Origin: Nemertoderma westbladi
Lineage: Eukaryota > Animalia > Xenacoelomorpha
NCBI GenBank assembly: GCA_032718475.1
Contig: JAUCBJ010006170.1
Span: 1-37,161 of the forward strand
Length of the DNA: 37,161 nt
Reading direction: 5' to 3'
The translations under genes and the position numbers were made by a program. The notes under the pieces were generated by a model, which worked only from the letters and a program-made list of their open reading frames with translations, was not told the DNA's origin and searched no databases. Shown piece after piece: positions 12,401-22,093 of the stretch (position 1 is the stretch's first letter; each line of letters starts with the position of its first letter).

Positions 12401-13274
12401 GGTGGGATCCTCACATAGCGATACAACGAGGTCAGAGAGGTTAATTAGTGGACCTACTCGAATCCATGGTGGGATCCTCACATAGTGATTCAACGAGGTC
12501 GGAGAGGTTAATTAGTGGACCTACTCGAATCCATGGTGGGATCCTCACATAGTGATTCAACGAGGTCAGAGAGGTTAATCAGTGGACCTACTCGAATCCA
12601 TGGTGGGATCCTCACATAGCGATACAACGAGGTCAGGGAGGTTAATTAGTGGACCTACTCGAATCCATGGTGGGATCCTCACATGGTGATTCAACGAGGT
12701 CAGGGAGGTTAATTAGTGGACCTACTCGAATCCATGGTGGGATCCTCACATAGCGATACAACGATGTCAGGGAGGTTAATTAGTGGACCTACTCGAATCC
12801 ATGGTGGGATCCTCACATAGTGATTCAACGAGGTTAGGGAGGTTAATCAGTGGACCTACTCGAATCCATGGTGGGATCCTCACATAGTGATTCAACGAGG
12901 TTAGGGAGGTTAATCAGTGGACCTACTCGAATCCATGGTGGGATCCTCACATAGCGATACAACGAGGTCAGGGAGGTTAATTAGTGGACCTACTCGAATC
13001 CATGGTGGGATCCTCACATAGTGATTCAACGAGGTCAGAGAGGTATCAGTGGACCTACTCGAATCCATGGTGGGATCCTCACTTAGCGATACAACGAGGT
13101 CAGAGAGGTTAATTAGTGGACCTACTCGAATCCATGGTGGGATCCTCACATAGCGATACAACGAGGTCAGGGAGGTTAATTAGTGGACCTACTCGAATCC
13201 ATGGTGGGATCCTCACATAGTGATTCAACGAGGTCAGAGAGGTATCAGTGGACCTACTCGAATCCATGGTGGGA
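6411..13274. repeat. Homogeneous tandem array (satellite/minisatellite), 67-bp monomer with 65-66 bp variants, ~100 copies
   Basis: Consensus GATCCTCACATAG(T/C)GAT(T/A)CAACGAGGTCAG(G/A)GAGGTTAATTAGTGGACCTACTCGAATCCATGGTGG repeated head-to-tail over 6864 bp with no spacers. Nearly every unit has one BamHI and one NcoI site. Confidence 0.99.
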
Positions 13275-13619
13275 CTTTTATAGGTCAATTGGAAAGTGAC
13301 CCTGATCCGGGGCTATTTATTAGACAATGCAGGAATTGAAGTGAGAGTAGCGTTCGAGGCCGTCGTGGCTAAATACTAAGGGATGTGGGAGAGGGGTGGA
13401 ACAGAGTTTTGGGAGGAGTCTGTCGGTGTCTGAAGTTCGCACTCCTCCAGAAGAGTTCACTGTGCCTTCCTGGCGGACGGCGATCAAGGCGCACCCAGGG
13501 ATTCGTTGATGGAGCTGACATGCGCGCCAGGACATTTCAACGCTGTATTTAGGGATATACATACATGCATACATAATGCAAATATAAATTTCCCCACAAG
13601 GAATACAAATTGTTATTTC

Positions 13620-14630
13620 AGGATACGATGTTGGGTATGTTTATCTACGCCGGGATCAATGTGTCAAGTACAATACACACATCTCCAACCAGACACTAAA
13701 TAATATTGGAGGTGTCTCATTGGTTCCCCAAGCTTGAAACTAGAACAAAGCCGCCTCCGCTTTGCAGAACATTGTTTTCGCCGTGAGGATCAGCCTGTGC
13801 ACAATCTTGTGCTTTGGCAGACCCATTGAGAAAATAAGCATGGTGGACGGTGGACACTTTCGTGAGACGCCTCCAAAATAATAAATAACAAATAAATCAG
13901 CATCTAATTATGAGGCTGCAGTACGTACAGAATTGTGCAGCGCGATTACTTTGTGGAGTTAGGAAGTATGATCATATTTCCCCCATACTGTACTACGAGA
14001 CCTTCACGTGTTCCCCGTTATTCGGCGAATCGATTATAAGATTGCTGTTATTACATATAAATGCCTGAACGGGACAGCTCCTAACTACCTATCAGAGTTG
14101 ATTTCAGTTTACCAACCGGCACGAGATCTTCGTTCTGCTTACCAAAACAACCTGGTACAACCTAGGTACCGACTTGAACATTATGGACGTCGATCATTTT
14201 CGGTTGCAGCTCCGATGATATGGAACGCACTCCCAGATTTGGTTAAATCTTGTGGGTCTCTGGAGTCATGCGTTGTCTCAAGACTCATTATTTTAGCCGT
14301 GTATATAACTGATCTTTTAATTACTTACTACTGGTTTTACTATTTAGCTAGTGCGCCTAGAGCACTTTTTAATTAATTTGAATAGGCGCTGATAAATAAA
14401 TATATTATTATTATTTATTATTATTATTATTATTATAGGACACTGGCCTTGAAGATGCGGATAATCTCGCGAAAGTCATGGGGGATAGGGAGATTTGGCG
14501 GTGCAACTTTGTTGATAAGCCGGCATAGCATTCTTAATGCACGCTGCATTGGGCTTGCCAATTGTGGATTGCATGGTGGTGGCAAAAGTGCGGTTTCAAT
14601 TCAGCAGGCCGATAATAGTAGTAGTAGTAA
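13620..14630 (+). mobile_element. 3' fragment of an RTE-like LINE, split by a second LINE insertion
   Basis: Degenerate ORF2 C-terminus RLRFAEHCFRREDQPVHNLVLWQ...DTGLEDADNLAKVMGDREIWR, then a 3' UTR ending in (TAG)n. The same sequence recurs at ~17350-17740, 18626-18890 and 33170-33757. Confidence 0.7.
13878..14436 (+). mobile_element. 5'-truncated L2/CR1-group LINE 3' end
   Basis: LQYVQNCAARLL...YDHISP...RIDYKIAVITYKCLNGTAPNYL...RSFSVAAPMIWNALP is the typical C-terminal region after the RT domain in L2/CR1-group elements. Ends in a (TTA)n tail at ~14404-14436. Confidence 0.85.
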
Positions 14631-15750
14631 TATGCTTATGTAATTAAATATAAATATGATGATAAATAACTCACCTATTCAACCTTTTAGAAAATAATCG
14701 CTAATAAAGTTTCTGTTAAACAGAAACAATTCAATCCAAAAAATTTCATAAATGCAATACATTGCTAACACGACAGCTCTATTTTAAGTCAAACGGCGGT
14801 AGTGAAACTCATTCAATCAGTCAAACAAATAGCGGCACAGTGTAGTGCTTGACATGTCGGTACGTGTTGACAAGGGACAATATTTCTTCCCGGTTTCAAT
14901 GGAGTTTAAAACTTGTCATTGAATAAGAAACGGTCGTAATTAATTATGGGCCTCTTACTGTGTGAGTGGTCAAAAGACTATCTTAGTGTGGGCCTTCCCT
15001 TCCATGTGACGTACAGTAGGTTGGTCAGTGACAATGGCGTTCCCAGTTTGATTAGAATGTCGGCCCTGGAATTTGCTAGAAAAGGGCCCAAATAACGGTT
15101 TAGCCATTACGCATTTCTTTGTCAACAGTCAGTCGTGAATGTTTGTGAGCGCAACACGTTGTAACATGTTGCATCATCTAACATTGTAACAAAAATCCTT
15201 GAAAAGGAATGTTAGGAAGTCCCATCGACCCACACTCAATCATAAAGGTAATTGCTAAAATAATTTGAAAGTTGAAGGTGAAGATGCTTATAACAAAGGT
15301 CCTTCAAAGACAAACTGCTTGTCAAGAAATTGGTTTAGGCGTATTCCTTGTTGCTGCAGTACTAGAGTTCCTAAAATTTGAAAAGTCCGTGTTAATAATA
15401 TGTAATAACACCTGCATCTCGATAAACAGGGTGCATGTTAATTATGGAGCCCTATTCGTTATTGTTTAGTTCAATTATAAAATATTTGCTTTATTAAATG
15501 CCATTAAATAAAACTGTGTAACATGGTATCTAACAATATTCTCATAATTTTCTATGAAATTATTAATGAATCAAATGCAAGATGATAATTAATGCAGACC
15601 GGGACAATAATGGTATAATTCAGCATTTCATCACGATTTTAATACTATTTTGCGATTTTCATATTTTCGATAATCGGCATTGTCATAATTGACACTAGGT
15701 AGGTACCGGGTTCGAGTATCAATCTATAGTATCTTTTGTTCGCTATGAAG

Positions 15751-15985
15751 CAAAAAACAAGCAAACAGTCGGCCGAAGCCGGAGGCGACCCGAAGGCTCC
15801 TCTTTCGATAGCTGCTACCCGAGGGTAGGGGTGGGCGCTACTCCTATCCCAAGATTTGCTCCCAGTTATTTAACTGGTACTCATTTCATCGACCCCAGTG
15901 GATGAAAGGCTGAGTGGACCCTGGCGGGGCTGAACCTACAACCAATAGATTGCAGGCCCGGCGCTCAACCAACTGAGCTACCCCG
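15751..15985 (-). mobile_element. tRNA-derived SINE, full length
   Basis: Head GGGGTAGCTCAGTTGG (A box)...GGTTCAGCCCC (B-box-like), central ACTCAGCCTTTCATCC...GGTCGATGAAATGAGTACC, structured 3' tail and a T-rich end. Perfect 10-bp TSD CGCTATGAAG (15741-15750, 15986-15995). Confidence 0.9.
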
Positions 15986-17042
15986 CGCTATGAAGAGCGT
16001 TATCATACTATTATATTGCATGTACTAATTCCTTCACACACCGCCATTCACTCCACCCAAAAACAATTAATTTATTATTATTTACAAAAACTGTAAAAAC
16101 TTAAACTTTAATTAACGACTGCTGATGAAAAACTACTGAACGTTGCAGGCAGTCAGTTGTGATTGAATTACTTGAAAGTCTTTTATATGATCGATGCAGC
16201 GTAAACTTTATAATATTGGCCAGGTCTACAATAAACGGTCGCGATGAATACTGTTTCCTGGCTATAGAGCTGACAAATGCCTTGCTGAAACTAGTCCTGT
16301 GCTAACTCTGATGTCATTCATTTATCATTTGTTTCAAGCAGATGGCGAAGATATCAAACCTGTCAAATTTCACCTTCATTAAATTTAGGTTCATATGCTT
16401 CTTAGTGCTTTACCGAAGTAAATTCGCCTAAAGTAGAAGGGAGATGCTACTGATGGTGAAGCATATGGTGAACGTGATTTCTGCATCTTATGAATTATTT
16501 TATTAATCAACTTAACATAATTTTATTTTATATTAAGGCTTAATCTGAATATTTGTGTTAGTAAAGATTACACATCTATACAACTTTGTTTTCTGTACAC
16601 TTATTGTGCAAATTTATTTTGAATTGATTTATTTCCTCAAGTCACTGTAAAACACAATACATGAAAATAAATATACTACAACAAAAGAATAGGTACACAT
16701 GCACATAGCAATGATACAGTCTTTGGTATATACCTAAGCGTTACTAGAGTAGCGATTTTTAAGAAATGTTTTCGTATTTAATTATGAATACGATCTACAT
16801 AAGAGGCGCAGTTTACTATTAGGCGCATTACCTAAGATTGATCCTACATGCTGCATGCGAGGTGGGGCTGGGTTTCATCAAAAAGATATTACTGTGATTG
16901 TACAAATTGTTATAGTAGATACATAAATAAAGAAACATAAAAACAACTTTATTTATGTTGATTATATATGTCTATCTATCTGTCTATGTGTCTGTCTTGT
17001 GTGGCTTATGAACTTCAAGTGGGAATTTAGTGGGTTGAAGCA

Positions 17043-17249
17043 ATGGCGATAAAGGATAAAACAAAGAAGAGATCCAACCCTTACTTAGAGACGAATCCTC
17101 TGATGCGCTGTCTGATGTTATATATAATCCCTTTCCTTCGCATCCCAACAACACGAGATATTGTCACTGAGGATTTCTATAGTCCTCTTCCAGAGAATAT
17201 GGGAGCGGAATACAATTACAATAAAATATTGAGATGTTTGAAGAACAAG
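17043..17249 (+). CDS. ABCC4: ABCC4-like gene B, coding exon 1 (69 codons, lasso/L0 motif)
   Basis: 204/207 nt identical to gene A exon 1. Similarity stops at the donor AAG|GTACGT (17249/17250), which is phase 0 and in frame with the acceptor TTTTGCAG|GTC at 22093/22094 (4844-bp intron). Confidence 0.9.
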
Positions 17250-17349
17250 GTACGTATACTGTACGAGTGTACAAAAGTATGTCCATCGAGGTTACACCTT
17301 TATGGACCTCCCGTTTTCATATTTGCCGGGCCCAGTAGTCACGTCAAGT

Positions 17350-17740
17350 TGGACTGTTGATGGGAGAAGGGAGTCCATGTTGGGCTCTAACTGCTGAGAA
17401 CACCACATCTCTAGATAGCAAATACACAAAGTACAATGCACATATCTCCACCCAAACTCCATTTTCCCCTCAAGTTTGATTGTTGACCCGAGCCCCCTCA
17501 GCATCACATACTGCTCTCGCCGTGAGGACCAGTTCATGTACAATCTTGTGCTTTGACCGACTCATGGAGAGAATATTCATAGTGGACAGAGTCAATGACT
17601 TTATTGACGCCTCTTAAAGGACACTTAAAGGACACTAGCCTTGAAGATGCCGATAATCTCGCGAAAGCTATTGGGGATAGGGAGTTATGGCGGCATCATT
17701 TTGTCGATAAGGCGGCATATCATTCTTAATGAAAGCGGCT
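17350..17740 (+). mobile_element. RTE-like LINE 3' fragment in the gene B intron
   Basis: Matches the 13620-14630 family (CGCCGTGAGGA...ACAATCTTGTGCTTT...CCTTGAAGATGC...GGGGATAGGGAG). Boundaries approximate. Confidence 0.65.
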
Positions 17741-18625
17741 TCTACGGTTTGACCACGCCCAGCTCAACCCTATATTATTTTACAAAATCCCTTACCTTTG
17801 ACGCAAAATTATAGTGGTATATTTGTGAAATGTATGCCAGGAGAACACATGATGGCATCATGACTACGTCTTAATAGACAGAAAGAACAAAGCTATGCTT
17901 CCTTTCAAGTGCACTATGATGTTCACATGATGACAGGCACTATTGTCTAGACTACTCTACTAAGCAGACTGAAGATGATTACGAAAAAAGATTCTGCAAA
18001 ATTCAAAGGGAAGTAGCCCAACTTAATGTGTATAATATGATAACAAATTTACTTGGACTGCCTGAGTAAGGGTAGATAAATGTTGGAAATCCATTGGGAA
18101 TTTCTATAGTTTAATGATACAGAGGAGAAAAAACTTGACGCAAATTTTATATCGGTGAATTAATATTGTATCAATGTTAAATTATCAATTAGGGGAAAAG
18201 AGCAGGTTACAGTGGCACATAATTATAATCAAAACAAAAAACTAAACTCAATAAAAAAGGTTAAAGTTTTATTTTAGAGAGTAAGCAGCTGTTGCGTCGA
18301 TTTTTCCTAGGAGAGGTGATCAATTTTTAATTGCCACTACCACCCCCCCCCCCCCTCATCTGGGTTTAAAATTAACAACCACATATATGTTATTTCCGAA
18401 AGTCATGCCAAATTTCTTTTTGTAGGAGCGCTTCAATCCTTTGCCTTGAATTCGCTTCATTGGTTCCAGAAGTAGCGTGTTAGAGCCCCACAAATAGGGG
18501 GCCAGTGAAGTTTTAATTTCGGTATGAATGCTTTAAAGGAACGAGCAGAGTTGTATCCGTAAATTTTCCCTAAAGAGACCCAGCTCCATCTGGAAAAACT
18601 GTAGAGGGGACTGATATATAAATAA

Positions 18626-18890
18626 TACTACTACTATAATTGGCCTGCTGCATTGAAACTGCACAATGAGACGCAATGCTGGCTTAACAAAAACATTTTG
18701 CCACCACCATGCAACCCACATTTGGCATACCCCAATGCCACACCACATCGTGCAATAAGAATGATATTCCGGCTTATCAAAAAAATTGCACCGCCACAAC
18801 TCCCTATCCCCAATGACTTTCACGAGATTATCCGTATCGTCAAGGCCAGTGTCATTTAAGAGGTGCCTCAAGACCTTTAAGAGGTGTCTG
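18626..18890 (-). mobile_element. RTE-like LINE 3' fragment in the gene B intron
   Basis: ORF-track peptide LLNDTGLDDTDNLVKVIGDRELWR, followed by the same 3' UTR and (TAG)n tail as 14437-14630. Confidence 0.7.
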
Positions 18891-19425
18891 AAATAAAAAC
18901 AAAGACAACGCTAAATAAAAAACGGAAATGGTTCTCTATGAGTTAGATGACATATTCCTGTTTAAAAAGATGTGATTTGATACCCGTCTTGAAGGCATTT
19001 AATGTAGGCGTAGGTTGAGGAGTAGATTGTTCCATATTGTACAGTAGGACCAGGAAAAGTTACAGTGTACCACAACTGATGTCGCTCATCTTCTACAGAC
19101 ACGACATTACGAACCTGTTAGGGTGTTTTCATACCACCAAATCTTCCCCAAAAACAATCTCGGATGCCAGCTTCATATCTGAAGTGTTTGATATGAGCGG
19201 CACCACATTTAAAACAAAGAGAAACCTGATACTGAACTACTTCAACATTCCATTACCTGACGAGATGAGACACACATCGCTCGTTTTCTTAAGAGCCTTG
19301 CCATTAATTGTGGATAACATTTTCACATTCTGGGTGTAGCATATCATACTTGCACAGCGTTAGATGTATTTTAACACTTTCACACTCTGATCTGGATGTA
19401 GCAATCACACACTTACTCGTTAAAA

Positions 19426-20761
19426 CCCAAGGACTCCCATGGGGTCTTTTAAGACCCCAAGGACACATTGTCATTTCAGTCCAATTAATGTTCAGGAGCT
19501 GAAATTCCATGAATTCCTCAATTTTTGTGTGCTCTACACGACCCATATAACTTCGCACACCAAAAATTTAATTTACGCTTTTAATTTGAATTTAATTACC
19601 TTGGCCACGCCAATGACCATTGGGGTCAATACGACCCCAATGGTTTTTTATGCATTTAATCTCGAAAAGAAACACCTAAGTGGAATTTAATTTCAGTTTA
19701 CATTCATGATAAGTAAAAGAGACCAGTGAATGTGACATTGAAACACCGGGAGCGAGCATAAGGCTCCGCTCTCTTGGCAATTACCTGTAATGTAAGGATA
19801 CGTCTCTCTAACTCTCAAGTGCATAGTAAATTTTAGATCATCGTTTTTAGTTTCATTTCAGTTCCACTACGTATTCCTATGAATAAACCTACTGTATAAA
19901 TACTCTACGCAATATGCCTACTGTTGTACATTGTGTACGGTACAGTAATACAGTACTGTAATACAGTACCGTTCCGGTACTGTTCCGGTACCAGTACCAC
20001 CGGTACAAGCGGTACCCCACCATCACGCAATGATGGAGCATGGAGAACGGAAAACTTAACCCCGCAGAGATCGGATGAAACGGGTCGATTCGTTCTATGA
20101 TCCTCGATTTTTGGAGGGAGTCCATTGCTGATCAAAGTGAAGATGATGTAGAGGCTAGTGATAACGGGTCTGATATCTCTACCGAAGAAGTTTGCAGCGA
20201 AGACGAGGAAGTTGCAGCGAAGACGAGGAAGTTTGCAGCGAAGACGAGGAAGAAGTCATGACTCTGACTACTGATGCAGAGAGTAGTGAAGTTGCTGCTC
20301 CAACTGAGGCTAATCCAAAGAAGAAGAAATCAAATTATGTTTCCAAAGACGGGAAAATTACGTTTAATAAAAAAATTATTTCTATTACTGTAGTAGTTAG
20401 ATTATATTAGGTTATAGTTAGTTAGGTTATATTAGTAGTATCATTAGTTCTATTAGTGGATATTATGTGTCTATTAGTTGTTATTTTGTAAATTAAAAGA
20501 GCGGATTCCGGATTTTAAGTGAAAATTTCCCAAAAATTAAATATATTAAATTTTATTTGATATAAAAGTCAGACAGTCAGACAAGTTGAAAATATACAGG
20601 TCTGAGCTAAAATTACTTAGTTTGGTGGCTCCAATAGAGATTCGGTCCGTTATTACTACATATTTCCATTCAGGCCCACAAGAAACTACTATTTTAGTAC
20701 TGGGGTCTAATGTGACCCCAATGGTACTCCGTGTGGCTCAAATCCCATGGGCGCCCGTGGG
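19426..20761 (+). mobile_element. Internally deleted piggyBac-like DNA transposon
   Basis: Ends CCCAAGGACTCCCATGGG / CCCATGGGCGCCCGTGGG are imperfect TIRs. TTAA follows at 20762-20765 and TTAAAA precedes the left end. Subterminal GGGGTC-Nx-GACCCC palindromes occur at both ends. An internal acidic peptide followed by YVSKDGKITF (~20130-20366) resembles a piggyBac transposase N-terminus. Confidence 0.75.
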
Positions 20762-20772
20762 TTAAGAAACAC

Positions 20773-21935
20773 GGATAGTAATAAAACCCGAAAATAACGA
20801 AAAAGACGAAATTATCAACAAAATATCGAAATTATCAAACAATCTCGCTTTCCAGTAAGGTAGGTATTATTAGAAGGCACACTTATTTTTTTTTTAATCA
20901 ATAAAATCCGATAATTTCGCCCCATTTTCGACCTTAAAAGTAATTTAATACCAAATACTTGTTCCGAGCTAGGTCAACGACTTTGTGACACATCGAGAGC
21001 GAGATGGACCAGACGGTTTGACAATTTTCGGGATGTATGACGCGAGAGGGGTTGGATGTTTAAAAATGCGAATGTTGGTGTCCTTATTCTTGTCATTAAT
21101 CTAAAAAGGTTCATCAAATTGCACTCTAAAATAACATACCTTCTGAGCTGATAATTCGTAGCACAGTCTCTCGGTAAAAATCAATCATATTACAGTCGAC
21201 AATTTCCAATATCAAAGACAGTACATAATTATCAAATCACAAGTCTAAGTACCGTAGGGCCAGACTCACCTCAAAACTGACACTGACATACCGCCGGTAC
21301 AGTACAAAAAAGGCCTAACACAATCTTACATCTTCCATCTTCAGAACAATGCTGTGTGCTGGTTGGTTGTTGGGTGTTGACCAATGGCGGCTTGGATGAA
21401 TCAATTCAACATCACCAGATCAGTGTACTGGTGTATTGCAAGCATGGTAAAGCCTGAAGGGCCAAGGCAATATTGAAGGAACCGGTCCAGTCAGCCGGTA
21501 CCCTAACCCAACACTGCATTCGCATTACAGCGTACGGAACTTTGGCGATACAGGTGTACACTGTACGTGTACAGTAAATGGCAGGCAAGTGGAGCGGCGC
21601 GGTGGGTGTGAATAGGTTAACGTAAACGTAACTACAGACTGCAGTACAGCAGTCGCAATGCAGTACTGCAGTAGGCCTACACTCTGACTGTACTGTCCTA
21701 ATTTGAACGCCATCTTGTGGTGTTCAAACAATCATCAGAGACAGTATTTGGTATTAAATTTCTTTTAGGGTCGAAAATGGGGCGAAATTATCGGATTTTA
21801 TTAATTCAAAATTCGTGTGTCTTCGAATAATACCGATCTCACTGGAAAGTGAGATTTCTTATAATGTTTTATCATTTCGATATTTTCGTTAATATTTTCG
21901 TATTTTTCTTTATTTTCGGGTTTTATAACTATCCC
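20773..21935. mobile_element. Non-autonomous DNA transposon with ~185-bp TIRs (Mutator-like)
   Basis: 20773-20959 (GGATAG...AATACCAAATACT) is the imperfect reverse complement of ~21743-21935. Flanked by AGAAACAC at 20765-20772 and 21936-21943 (8-9 bp TSD). No transposase seen. Confidence 0.8.
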
Positions 21936-22093
21936 AGAAACACGGGTAATTTATTACATACTTTATTTACATTCACACACTGACTAGTTCAGAAACACTG
22001 GTAATTTATTTCTTTACTTTATTACATTCACACTCTCACTCACATCATGGAGACTAGCAGCATTTAGATGATTTTATTGTTATTGTTTTGCAG

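Noticed and set aside
6446-13161. Repetitive ORFs (YVRIPPWIRVGPL / SLCEDPTMDSSRST) as a protein-coding repeat gene
   Set aside because: The 67-bp unit is not a multiple of 3, frames shift and stop every few units, and the ORFs are by-products of the array.
6411-13274. CRISPR array
   Set aside because: No unique spacers, no cas genes, and the context is eukaryotic (spliceosomal introns, LINEs, SINEs).
15905-15986. Functional tRNA gene (GCA in the anticodon position)
   Set aside because: The T-loop and stems are degenerate and the sequence continues into a SINE body bounded by a TSD. The same applies to the tRNA-like heads at ~26.55, 34.0 and 34.4 kb.
16113-16160. Hammerhead ribozyme / Penelope-like end (CTGATGA...GAACGTT); similar CTGAAGA motifs at ~17969 and at the left array edge (~6405-6411, minus strand)
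   Set aside because: The GAAA core, stem II or the NUH cleavage triplet is missing in each case. An Infernal search with hammerhead models would be needed to revive the idea.
18940-19420. Additional LINE fragment on the minus strand (TLNAFKTGIKSHLF-like peptide)
   Set aside because: Only about 30 degenerate codons resemble a LINE C-terminus; too little to call boundaries or family.
22088-22093. TTG at 22088 as the start of a single-exon 1208-aa gene
   Set aside because: TTGCAG is the splice acceptor; the missing lasso motif is supplied in frame by the exon at 17043-17249.
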